Below are positions 27,406 to 36,596 of a stretch of 64,000 nucleotides of DNA, one piece after another; position 1 is the first letter of the stretch; every line of letters starts with the position of its first letter. Source of the stretch: Nitrososphaerota archaeon (lineage in GTDB: Archaea > Thermoproteota > Bathyarchaeia > Bathyarchaeales > Bathycorpusculaceae); the NCBI GenBank assembly GCA_031274765.1, contig JAISPR010000035.1, forward strand, positions 12,351 to 76,350, read 5' to 3'. Below the pieces are notes generated by a model. It had not been told where the DNA came from. It worked only from the letters and a program-made list of their open reading frames with translations, and searched no databases. The position numbers and the translations under genes are program-made.

Positions 27406-27660
27406 ATGTCATTTTGTGTTTATATACTACAGTGCTGTGACGGCAGCTACTACACCGGTTACACCAAAAATTTAGAGACTCGAATGCAACAGCATCAAAG
27501 CGGCAAAGGTGCCAGATATACTAAAGCGCATCGACCACAAAAAATAGCATATAGAGAACAATTTGAGACCCGTAGTGCTGCAATGAAACGGGAAAGAGAA
27601 ATTAAAAAACTAAGCCACCAGCAGAAACTTGCATTAATCGCAGAACAAGACAAAAAATAA
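27406..27660 (+). CDS. GIY-YIG nuclease superfamily protein (UPF0213-like)
   Basis: CVYILQCCDGSYYTGYTKNLETRMQQHQSGKGARYT matches the GIY-YIG core. Confidence 0.85.
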   Translation: MSFCVYILQCCDGSYYTGYTKNLETRMQQHQSGKGARYTKAHRPQKIAYREQFETRSAAMKREREIKKLSHQQKLALIAEQDKK

Positions 27661-28400
27661 CAAACGTTAACTGCACAACACTTACTGTGCAACAGTTTAA
27701 CTATGTCGAGCAAATAATATATTTGACAAGTATAACATTGTTATTTGTCTATCCTCCCCGCACATAAACAATAAAATCCCATCAAACTATTCAAAAAATA
27801 GCACGAAATCTCAAGAAAAAACAGTTTTTGCGCGTTTACACCAGATCACAAAACTTTATTTTTCAGACAGTCCCCTACCAACCACAGACAACAATCCACC
27901 CAACCACATCTACAACAGCATCAATAGTTTTTTATTTTTATCCACAAAAACAAGAGAAAATCTATTTTTACATCCAAAGATGTTTATAACACAACAATTT
28001 AGAGGTTAGACTTTATGTTGATTGCTTTGATGAATTATTTTCTATTTTGAGGTTTATGTTGGCGTAGATTTACAATCACATATTTTTAAATTATCTCCAA
28101 AGAGAGATATGTTGAAAACCTGTCATAAGTCAATTCCTTAACATAAAAAGACACCGAAGGTTTCAAGCAACACAGACAATTTTTCACTCATTGACTATTG
28201 GCAGGGAGGTGACAGAAAAATTGTCGAAATCTTACAAGAATGAAATCTATCGTTCAGACAAACAATTTGGTTATATAGAAGAGTTAGCCTCCAAAAATAT
28301 GCGAGATGATTATGTAGCAGGAGCTGGACTGGAAGCACCGACTCAAGAAGACATTGATGAGGGATGGACACAGAAAAATCAATCACCATTAGCTGGAAGA

Positions 28401-28778
28401 ATGTGTGGAACTATGGAAGAGCTTGAGCGTATTCAGAGTTCTGAGATGATGACCGTCGATGAACTTCATGAGGGCATAAAAGACTCTTTGGATTGCTATC
28501 AAATATGTACTGAAACTATTCTACGGTGTGTAACGTTAGGGGGTAAACATGCTGAGCCGGAACATATTAATTTGCTTTTAGATTGTGCGAAGATTTGTAG
28601 TGCTAATGCAGATTTTATGCTTCGAAGTTCCACCTATTATCCGCAGATCTGTGGAATATGTGCTGATATCTGTGACGAATGTGGTGACACCTGCGACAGG
28701 TTCGAGGATGTTTTTATGAAGGAGTGTGCGAGTGTGTGCAGACGTTGTGCAGAATTTTGTCGTGAGATGGCGCGTTAG
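28401..28778 (+). CDS. Cys-rich four-helix-bundle copper-binding protein (DUF326-like)
   Basis: Repeated Cx3Cx2C-type motifs: CYQICTETILRC, CAKICSANADF, CGICADICDECGDTC, CASVCRRCAEFC. The ORF is open from TTG 28191; the start is uncertain. Confidence 0.7.
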   Translation: MCGTMEELERIQSSEMMTVDELHEGIKDSLDCYQICTETILRCVTLGGKHAEPEHINLLLDCAKICSANADFMLRSSTYYPQICGICADICDECGDTCDRFEDVFMKECASVCRRCAEFCREMAR

Positions 28779-28851
28779 TCAATTGATTTTAGGATGTGTT
28801 TAGCTCTCAGTGAAAATGTGTTTGTCTTGTGTGTTTAGTTGGAATTTAAAT

Positions 28852-28962
28852 TTTGGTGGTGTGCCAATTTAGAATCGTTATTTTGGTGCACAATCAAATT
28901 CGATTGACATACAGGCTTGGCAAATTTTCCAAGGTTTGAAGAAAAAAGCTGTGCTTAATTTA
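28852..28962 (+). repeat. Repeat family D, direct copy, abutting repeat A copy 4
   Basis: Aligns to the reverse complement of 1554-1670. The ~45 nt to its left (28806-28851) also match the reverse complement of 17575-17620. Confidence 0.55.
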
Positions 28963-29091
28963 GGCCTTTCGCTATTTTAGGTGGGTGCACTCATTCTTTC
29001 TTCTTTAAACTTCTTATATTCTCCTATGTTCCATACAATATTATACCGCAACAAAACTTATTGACTCCACCCACCTGATTTGACGAATAAC
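28963..29091 (+). mobile_element. Repeat family A, copy 4
   Basis: Full-length match to copies 1-3 with a 3-bp internal deletion. Confidence 0.8.
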
Positions 29092-29483
29092 CCAAAAATT
29101 GGGCGTCCATATGATCAGGATAATCAGAGTCCAGGTAAGTTTAGTTGGGTATATTTTGTAGGGCCGCTTCAGGAGAGAAAGAAATTTTTTGATGTTGCAT
29201 CAAGCGGCTGGAGTAGTATTCAAATATTCACCATACCCGAGGAGTCTTCGTCATCATCGCCTTCACAAACAACAAACTCGCCTTCACCATCTTCAGCATC
29301 TAACAACAGTCAACAACAACACCCAGATTCTGTCTCATTCAATCAGCAGTTTTGTTGATGGTCGGTGCAATTTTTGGAGGTTCTATTGTAGCTGTGTGCT
29401 TATTTGTCGTTTTAGGAAAATCATTCAGTCAAAAGGCAAACAGTAACAGGAGCAAAAGAATTGACAATCATCACAAAATATAA
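29092..29483 (+). pseudogene. 3' remnant of a surface-protein gene (S/T-rich linker plus C-terminal TM anchor), frameshifted
   Basis: Frame 1 encodes ...SSGWSSIQIFTIPEESSSSSPSQTTNSPSPSS. The TM anchor MVGAIFGGSIVAVCLFVVLGKSF... lies in another frame (from 29358). There is no N-terminal part upstream, only repeats D and A. Confidence 0.4.
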
Positions 29484-29740
29484 CAGAACTGCTTAGTTTT
29501 ACGTTGTATTGTGGGGTTTGTTATGGCTTATGGGGCCGATTTTCGATAAGTAGTTCGGTTTACAAGGAAAAATTATGTGTATGTTAATTTAAATGTGAAA
29601 TTTTGTCAAAGGTATATGTACTTATTTTTAGAACCTTAACTGCACAAATTATAGGGTAATACAATGTTCTAGGTCTTGTTATTGTGTTCTTTTTCAAGAA
29701 ATAAAAAAAATAATATGGAGAACAGCATTAGTCATCAGAT

Positions 29741-30634
29741 TTATTTTTTGGGTAACACCTCATTTAGTTCGCAACTTGCACCGCAGACTACAGTATCTGC
29801 ACCGCCATAATACACAATGAGATGGTCATCAAGCACCACATTCCCACAGCTAAATACTACATTAGGTACGTCACCGACACATTCATAGTCTTCACAGGGC
29901 GTCAAAAAGGGTTTGTCGGTACGATAGAGTACATTTTCAGGATTATCTTTATCCAGCAAAGCAGCACCAAGCGAGTAGTGCTTGTTTGCATCTACACCAT
30001 GGTATATAAACAGATAACCCTCGTTGAGTTCTATGGGTGTTCCAGCGGCACCAATTTTTAGGCTGTCCCACATTTTGTCACGTGGTTCCATAATGGATTT
30101 GAACCCGTGCCATTTTTTGAGATCATCTGAGTAGGCAATGCATATGCTTGGTTCAATACGGTGAAACATAACATAGTTACCATCAATTTTGTTGGGAAGG
30201 ATAACAGCATCCTTGTTGCGGACACCAGGAAACGGTAAGATCCGTTCTTTCCAGTTCCAGTCGCGGTTGACAAAATCGTTGAGACTTATAGATGTTAGCG
30301 AAATTTGAAAAATTATAGGAAAATCATGATTACGAAATGCTGTGTAGGCCATATAGCATTGATCGTCAAGTATTGTTAAGCGGGGATCTTCACAACCGTC
30401 ACGTTCTGCAGGGTGAATTGGGCCAAAAATTGGGGTAGCGAATCGTTCTTTGATGGTAAACCCATCAGCTGATGTCGCTAAACCCAATCTGGAGATATTA
30501 TCTTTACCCTGTGCACGATAAACAAGGTGAACTAAGCCATCACTGTATATTGATGCAGCATTGAAAACTGAGCGTGATTCCCAATGACTATCCATTTTTG
30601 GTTTTAATATGGGATTATGTGTAAAACGTTTCAT
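29741..30634 (-). CDS. GH130-family glycoside phosphorylase/hydrolase (beta-mannoside type fold)
   Basis: FTHNPILKP...WESRSVFNAA...YRAQG...LGLATSADG...GCEDPRLT...YMAYTAF pattern. Start taken at ATG 30634. Confidence 0.75.
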   Translation of the reverse strand: MKRFTHNPILKPKMDSHWESRSVFNAASIYSDGLVHLVYRAQGKDNISRLGLATSADGFTIKERFATPIFGPIHPAERDGCEDPRLTILDDQCYMAYTAFRNHDFPIIFQISLTSISLNDFVNRDWNWKERILPFPGVRNKDAVILPNKIDGNYVMFHRIEPSICIAYSDDLKKWHGFKSIMEPRDKMWDSLKIGAAGTPIELNEGYLFIYHGVDANKHYSLGAALLDKDNPENVLYRTDKPFLTPCEDYECVGDVPNVVFSCGNVVLDDHLIVYYGGADTVVCGASCELNEVLPKK

Positions 30635-30809
30635 AAACCCTCTCCCTCTGAACACATCAACGTGTATAGGTAACATATAAATGTCACGCAAAAATATGTG
30701 CAAAATCGCCTCTGTGATTGACAATGTACAATCACATTAACTTAAAACAAGCCAAATCTTTATTTTCCGGTGTGACTTGTTGTTGGCAAAGTATATTCTA
30801 GGCACCCCT

Positions 30810-32021
30810 ATGTTAGCAGGTGTTAAAGAAGTTGCGTATGTGAGTACATTTCCGCCTCGGAAATGTGGTATAGCAACCTTCACGGCAGATTTAGTTAATT
30901 CGATAACCCGTCTAAAAAAACTCCGTGAGCAACAGGTCATTTCTATCGATGGTCGCCGTCTTTTCAAACCAACATATGAAACTGTGGAGCATAAAATCGG
31001 CAGAGATTTTCTTGAGGACTATGTTTTCATGGCTGATTTTTTAAATCAGTCACGGATTAATGTAGTAAATGTTCAGCATGAGTTTGGCATTTTTGGTGGT
31101 GAAGCGGGTGAGTACATATGTGCATTTCTCAATCGGCTAAAACGTCCTGTTGCTACAACGCTTCATACTGTTCTTCCAAATTTTGAGAATAAACCCAGAG
31201 AAGTTTTTAATAGAATTGTTGAGAAAAGTACGGCGCTTGTTGTTTTGAATGAAACCACACGTAAACTTATTTTGCAGTATGGGGTTTCTGCGAAAAAAGT
31301 GAAGCTGATTCCGCATGGTTGTCCTGATTTACCTTTGATACCCAGTGCGATAACTAAGCCTAAACTGGGGTTACAGGACAAGGTGGTGCTTTCCACGTTT
31401 GGACTGCTAAGCAAGGGTAAGGGTATTGAATATGTCATTGCTGCACTGCCCGAGCTTGTCAAGAAAGAGCCGCGGCTTGTCTATTATGTGTTAGGGGTTA
31501 CGCATCCGCAGGTTAAGAAAAATGAGGGTGAAACGTACCGTAATATGCTCCATAGCATGGTTAAGAAGCTGGGGCTTGGTGGGCATGTGCGATTTCTCAA
31601 TCGGTTTCTCTCTAAATCGGAACTCCATAATTATCTGCAGGCATCAGATGTGTATATTACGCCCTATGTTTCGCCTAATCAGGTGAGCAGTGGTGCGTTA
31701 TCTTGTGCTTTGGCGGCTGGAAAAGCCATAGTATCTACGCCATATCTACATGCACAAGAGGCGCTTGCTGAGGGGCGAGGAGTTTTTTGCAGGTTTAATG
31801 ATTCCATATCTATAGCAGAACGGATTACAGAGATTATTGAGAATCAGACACTACGGGAATCTCTTGAACAAAAAGCCTACAGGTATAGCAGGAAATTCAC
31901 TTGGCCATTGGTTGCCAGAGAATATTTGGAACTTTTTGAGGATTTAACTTGTAAATCGGAGGAGAAAAACTATTCAATTACCCCCCCTGAAAATAGATTA
32001 CATCCAAGCCTTTACGGATGA
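30810..32021 (+). CDS. family 4 (GT-B) glycosyltransferase, probably the 5' part of a frameshifted fusion gene
   Basis: GT4 pattern (VAYVSTFPPRKCGIATF, C-terminal ...YVSPNQVSSGALSCALAAGKAIVSTP). It terminates 34 nt after a C7 run (31981-31987). Confidence 0.85.
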   Translation: MLAGVKEVAYVSTFPPRKCGIATFTADLVNSITRLKKLREQQVISIDGRRLFKPTYETVEHKIGRDFLEDYVFMADFLNQSRINVVNVQHEFGIFGGEAGEYICAFLNRLKRPVATTLHTVLPNFENKPREVFNRIVEKSTALVVLNETTRKLILQYGVSAKKVKLIPHGCPDLPLIPSAITKPKLGLQDKVVLSTFGLLSKGKGIEYVIAALPELVKKEPRLVYYVLGVTHPQVKKNEGETYRNMLHSMVKKLGLGGHVRFLNRFLSKSELHNYLQASDVYITPYVSPNQVSSGALSCALAAGKAIVSTPYLHAQEALAEGRGVFCRFNDSISIAERITEIIENQTLRESLEQKAYRYSRKFTWPLVAREYLELFEDLTCKSEEKNYSITPPENRLHPSLYG

Positions 32022-32100
32022 TACGGGTATTTTTCAGCATGCCCGATATTGCATTCCCAAAAGAGGCGAAGGTTATACAACTGATGATAACGCACGGGCT

Positions 32101-33024
32101 TTGATTGTTGCCATTAAATATCAACGGTTAAAAACTAATCCTGATCTGACACCGTTGATACGGGTGTATTTGGCGTTTCTCAATCATATGCAAAAGTCTG
32201 ATGGGGGTTTCCATAATTATCTTAGCTATGAGCGTACGTATCTTGATGTGGAGGGCTCAGAGGATTCGATGGGACGCGCACTTTGGGCATGTGGGTGCAC
32301 GCTTAATTCTTCAACTCCAAGAGATATGCAGATGGTAGCTAAGGATCTCTTTGATCAGGGATTGCCAAAAGTGTGGAATGCCATTGGGATTAGGTTTCAT
32401 GCTGCGGTACTTTTGGGTCTATATGAGTACTATCAGGCCATACCGTCTGAACATATCAAAGATTGTGCGGAGAAGCTTGGCAATATACTTTTTGAGCGTT
32501 TTCAGGATCAAACTAGAGAGGATTGGCAGTGGTTTGAACCCTGTTTAACCTATGATAATGCCAGGTTGCCTCAAGCGCTTTTTGCAGCCTATAGTCTTGT
32601 GGGGGAAAAACAGTTTTTAAAAGCTGCAGAGAGAACTATGGATTTTCTGCTTAAGGTACAGATGGTGGATGGTATTTTTGTGCCCGTGGGTAATGATGGG
32701 TGGTATAAATATCGGGGTAATCGTCCTTTTTATGATCAGCAGCCCTTGGAAGCAGCAGCAATGGTTGATGCTGCAGTAGATGCTTACTATATCACCAAAG
32801 ACAAACATTACCTCGAGACTGCGGAAACAGTGTTTGAGTGGTTTTTGGGTAGAAATAGTCGTCAGGTCATGGTGTATAATTCTAAAACTGGAGGATGTTA
32901 TGATGGCATAGCCCAACAATATGTTAATATGAATCAGGGGGCAGAGTCATCTATTTCATATCTTTTAGCACGGCTCAAAATAGAAGAAGTCCGGCAGGGG
33001 TTTTGGCATCAAGAGGAGATTTAA
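32101..33024 (+). CDS. alpha/alpha-toroid-like (six-hairpin glycosidase-like) domain protein; frame open from 31948
   Basis: The ORF-track start is TTG 32101, but conserved-looking sequence (FTDDTGIFQHARYCIPKRGEGYTTDDNARALIV) precedes it in the same frame, with no ATG/GTG upstream. Confidence 0.7.
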   Translation: MIVAIKYQRLKTNPDLTPLIRVYLAFLNHMQKSDGGFHNYLSYERTYLDVEGSEDSMGRALWACGCTLNSSTPRDMQMVAKDLFDQGLPKVWNAIGIRFHAAVLLGLYEYYQAIPSEHIKDCAEKLGNILFERFQDQTREDWQWFEPCLTYDNARLPQALFAAYSLVGEKQFLKAAERTMDFLLKVQMVDGIFVPVGNDGWYKYRGNRPFYDQQPLEAAAMVDAAVDAYYITKDKHYLETAETVFEWFLGRNSRQVMVYNSKTGGCYDGIAQQYVNMNQGAESSISYLLARLKIEEVRQGFWHQEEI

Positions 33025-33282
33025 TCAATAATCAGAAAAGGCACAGGTTTTGTTTTTTGTGAAATAGGATGTATAATATTTGCTAAAAATTGAAGACATT
33101 ATGGGCATAAAAGAGATAATGGTTGTGGAGAATGGCTCAGTTCAGGAGAGACCGACTCTAATGACCAACATGCTGATTCAATATAACAATTGAAATCATA
33201 TTGATACATAACCACCATACTTAAACCAATCACAAACACAGCACGCACTTTTAGTTAACCCTACTGGAACACACACCATATA

Positions 33283-33379
33283 GGCAACCTCCGAAAACCA
33301 TATTTTTCTAAAAATCGTTTGCTAAAAACCGTGTAACTATGTTACCTGATTTTTTGAAATGGGGTTTTCGGAGGTTACC
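33283..33379 (+). mobile_element. MITE family C, copy 1 (~97 bp, 16-bp terminal inverted repeats)
   Basis: GGCAACCTCCGAAAAC ... GTTTTCGGAGGTTACC. The whole element is the reverse complement of 35488-35583. Confidence 0.8.
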
Positions 33380-33447
33380 TAGATAAGTTATCAAACAAGA
33401 TTTTGAAGATCCCTTAAAATAACATCTTATACTTTGTGTTCGGCAGG

Positions 33448-34506
33448 TTATTCGGCTTTGATTATATGGTAACCAGAAGCTTTACGCAACCGATTCATAA
33501 TAGCTAAACCTAGCCCCTCAGAGGATATACTTTCAGCGAGAATAACATCAACATTTTTAGCATCAATCTCACGCAAAAACCCAAAGAGATTCTGGGCGAT
33601 AGCGTCTAAATTGAAACGACTACCCAAAGATTTCACAACGTCAGCATGGTAAGCAAGTTGGGTTTCGTCAGTGGCTAAAATACCAACCCGCTGGCCGTTT
33701 TGTTTAAAGGATTGCGCTATTGTTGAGATTTTGGCTTGGACTGCCTGAATACTGCCCTCGACTAAAATGACTTCGGCTTTGGGCGCATAGTGTTTATGTT
33801 TCATACCCGGAGAGGAGAATTTTTCAAATATCAACTCGGTTTCTGTTTGTACAAAGGGATGGAGCTCCAAATCATCTATCACTTTCTTTAGGGCTTCATA
33901 GGGTGTGCCTCCGGGGCGCAGAAGTAATGGCGGCTCAACACTTAGATCGACCACTGTTGATTCCACGCCTATATCTGTTGCACCACTGTCTATAATAGCG
34001 TCTATACTACCGTTTAGGTCGTCTATAACATGTTGGGCAATTGTTGGGCTGGGTTTTCCAGAGAGGTTGGCGCTGGGAGCGGCTATGGGACGGTTTACTT
34101 GTTTTAGGAGAGCTTGGGCAACTTTGTGCTTGGGCACGCGAATAGCGATGGTGTCTAGGTTAGCAACTGTTTCGTTGGGTATTGTTTTTGAGTGTTTAAA
34201 GATAAGAGTCAGGGGGCCGGGCCAAAACTGTTCCATTAGTTGGCGTGTTTTTTTGGGAACGTGCATCACCAGGGGGTAAACTGCTTTGGCGTCGGCGAGG
34301 TGTATGATTGGAGGGTTGTCAAAAGGGCGTTTTTTGGCTTCAAATAAGCGTGAAATGGCTTTGGCGTTGAGTGCATCGGCACCAAGGCCATAAACAGTTT
34401 CGGTTGGAAAAGCTACTAAGCCTCCGCGGCATATGATGTTTGCGGCATATTGGATTTTTTGGTGGTCAATGTATTTTTGGTTGATCTCTAGTAGGAGAGT
34501 TTTCAT
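33448..34506 (-). CDS. sua5: L-threonylcarbamoyladenylate synthase (Sua5/TsaC, YrdC plus Sua5 domains)
   Basis: GGLVAFPTETVYGLGADA, SAPSANLSGKPSPT and a C-terminal Sua5 domain. Confidence 0.9.
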   Translation of the reverse strand: MKTLLLEINQKYIDHQKIQYAANIICRGGLVAFPTETVYGLGADALNAKAISRLFEAKKRPFDNPPIIHLADAKAVYPLVMHVPKKTRQLMEQFWPGPLTLIFKHSKTIPNETVANLDTIAIRVPKHKVAQALLKQVNRPIAAPSANLSGKPSPTIAQHVIDDLNGSIDAIIDSGATDIGVESTVVDLSVEPPLLLRPGGTPYEALKKVIDDLELHPFVQTETELIFEKFSSPGMKHKHYAPKAEVILVEGSIQAVQAKISTIAQSFKQNGQRVGILATDETQLAYHADVVKSLGSRFNLDAIAQNLFGFLREIDAKNVDVILAESISSEGLGLAIMNRLRKASGYHIIKAE

Positions 34507-34620
34507 TTGGGTTCCTTTTGTTTATTGTTTAGAGTTTATCGGTTAGGGTGGTATGTATTTGCTGACAATGTATTTGTTTGTTGTCATTACTGCATGTAGG
34601 GGGAGACTGGCTAAAAACTA

Positions 34621-34870
34621 GATTTGTTTGTGTTTTTGGCGGAAACGAGCGGAGAAAAACCGTTCTTTTCTTGTTTGTCTGGGATTTTCGCTATTTTTCG
34701 GACCGTCTGGGGGGTTTGTGGGGGATTATTTATGGCAGGTTATGGTTGGGAGACGTCTAAGAGTAGAATTTTTCGTGTTTTGGCGTAAATGGGCGGAGAA
34801 AGCTGGTTTGTCTTGTTTTTATTGGGTTTTGTTAGTTTTTGAACAGTCTGTGTGGGTGTTTGTGAGTGTT
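34621..34870. repeat. GT-rich imperfect tandem duplication (two ~100-120-bp units)
   Basis: Unit 1 is GTGTTTTTGGCGGAAACGAGCGGAGAAAAACCG...GACCGTCTGGGGGGTTTGTGGG. Unit 2 is GTGTTTTGGCGTAAATGGGCGGAGAAAGCTGG...GAACAGTCTGTGTGGGTGTTTGTGAG. Confidence 0.55.
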
Positions 34871-35028
34871 TGGGTTTTTATGTGTTTGTTTTGTTATACA
34901 TGTGTGTTTGCTGTAGTGTTATGCAGGGGTTGATTTGGGTGTTTGGTTTGCAGGTTTGGTGTAGGGTTTTATCGTGTAATTAAGGTAGGTAGATGTTTTG
35001 AGTAGTTGATGAGAGTTTGTATGAGAAG

Positions 35029-35403
35029 TCAAATTGGAATTGGTTCTTTTTGGTTGTCGGTTTTTAGCACTTTATCGATGAGGTACATAAAGATTTCTTG
35101 TGCTTGACTCTCGCTTATGTGTTGGAGATAAACTGAGACTAGTGCGATTTTGCCTTTTTTGGCCGCGGTATATTCGGCGAACATACGGGCGGAAATTACG
35201 TTTGTGTCTCCAAGGAGAACAGAAGAGCTGACTGAGCCCATAGGGTCGCGGGGTTTGGGAACTGCGATTGCCAGGGTGCCTAATTTATCTTCTTTTTCAC
35301 TTAGCATAATCATGATGCTGTTTTTTGCTTCTACATAAACTGCTAGGAAGCGGTTATCTTGGTGCTCGATTTCCTCTTTAATAATTTTAGCCCGTTCGCT
35401 CAT
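35029..35403 (-). CDS. small protein resembling proteasome assembly chaperone 4 (PAC4/PSMG4)
   Basis: 124 aa. LGTLAIAV, SSVLLGDTNV and ARMFAEYTAAKKGKIALVSVYLQ line up with my recollection of human PSMG4 (LRNLAVAM, STSLLGDTSD, AQRLARKTNKQVFVSYNLQ). Confidence 0.5.
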   Translation of the reverse strand: MSERAKIIKEEIEHQDNRFLAVYVEAKNSIMIMLSEKEDKLGTLAIAVPKPRDPMGSVSSSVLLGDTNVISARMFAEYTAAKKGKIALVSVYLQHISESQAQEIFMYLIDKVLKTDNQKEPIPI

Positions 35404-35487
35404 TTTTTCTCCCACGTGCTAAAGGGGTTGTAGCTTAAAAATACTTTCACAACAGTCAGGGCTAGCTATACATAAACTATTACTGTG

Positions 35488-35583
35488 GGCAACCTCCGAA
35501 AACTCCATTTCAGAAAACCAAACAAATTGTTGCCGGTTTTTAGCAAACGATTTTTGGAAAAATATAGGTTTTCGGAGGTCGCC
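35488..35583 (-). mobile_element. MITE family C, copy 2 (inverted relative to copy 1)
   Basis: GGCAACCTCCGAAAAC ... GTTTTCGGAGGTCGCC. Flanked by TGTG on both sides. Confidence 0.8.
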
Positions 35584-35917
35584 TGTGCTATTAGAAAATC
35601 AGAGGGATAGGTTAGTTGTATCTTTTTTGGGTATCAATTGAGGTTAACAGAGTACTGTGAAAATGGTTGCTTGGTAGTTTCATTTTGTTTGGTGTGTCGT
35701 TTATTTTTCGTAATTTTTTTGATTCAGGGTTGTTGTAGAAAACTTTGGGGTGCTTAAGTGGTGTTTTTGTGCAGTTTGAGGTTGTATTTATTGGGGAACC
35801 CGTTGAAACGGCATATGCAGGTTATGTGTTGAATTGGATTATCAAGGGTTTTGATAACGAGTTGGAAATGCTTAATTAAGGACGTGTGTCTTTTCTGGGT
35901 ACGGAAAGGAATAAACT

Positions 35918-36292
35918 TTGAGTGATGAATTATCCAAATTACCGCCCAATGTTCAAGAGAGGCTTCTTAGGTTTCAGCAGTTGCAACAGACACTTCAAAC
36001 AATTCTGGCACAAAAACAGCAGGTTGATATGGAGAAAGCAGAAATTGATCAGACCCTATCAGAGCTATCCAAAACCGCTGATGATACAGTCATCTATAAA
36101 ACGGCTGGTTCACTTTTGATTAGAACAGAAAAAAACAAAGTCAGCGAAGACCTCAATGAACGCAAAGAGCTTTTGGGCACTCGTAGCAGCGTCATCGCCC
36201 GCCAAGAAGAACGTGTAAAGGCTCAAGTTAAAGAAGCCCAAGCTAAGTTGCAAGAAGACCTCAACCCAGTCTCAGGTCAACCCTTCTCTTAA
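35918..36292 (+). CDS. pfdB: prefoldin beta subunit
   Basis: Coiled-coil / beta-hairpin / coiled-coil pattern (LLRFQQLQQTLQ...DDTVIYKTAGSLLIRTEK...LEERKELL-type). TTG start. Confidence 0.85.
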   Translation: MSDELSKLPPNVQERLLRFQQLQQTLQTILAQKQQVDMEKAEIDQTLSELSKTADDTVIYKTAGSLLIRTEKNKVSEDLNERKELLGTRSSVIARQEERVKAQVKEAQAKLQEDLNPVSGQPFS

Positions 36293-36308
36293 ATAGGATT
36301 TGATGTGA

Positions 36309-36596
36309 GTGGGTGAGCTCGGCTTTCCAGAGTTAACTGCCGAGCAAGTCGAACTTTTATGTCAAACTGCTGAGCATGCGGCACGTAAGCATATCCTAAA
36401 TCAAGTTTTAGACAAAGACATCACCCGCCTTGACATAACAGTTGAAGTTGAGGGCACCAAACCTGTCAATATCACCGTGGAAGTTGATCTGTTGCTTTCA
36501 AAACAAGTCAAAACTATTGCTGTGGAAACTTTAGTTAAAGAAGCAGTAAATAGTGCACACATAGCTTCTGAAAACTTTTTGAGAAATATACAATGA
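36309..36596 (+). CDS. small conserved archaeal protein (DUF3194-like, usual pfdB neighbour)
   Basis: 95 aa, GTG start, 4-bp overlap with the downstream DHH gene. The family assignment is from memory of gene order only. Confidence 0.5.
   Translation: MGELGFPELTAEQVELLCQTAEHAARKHILNQVLDKDITRLDITVEVEGTKPVNITVEVDLLLSKQVKTIAVETLVKEAVNSAHIASENFLRNIQ

Noticed and set aside
34578-34933. ORFs 34578-34760 and 34628-34933, and possible CRISPR-like periodicity in the GT-rich spacer.
   Set aside because: The translations merely repeat (FWRKRAEK.../FWRKWAEK...) because of the tandem duplication. There are only two long imperfect units, with no short repeat-spacer architecture.
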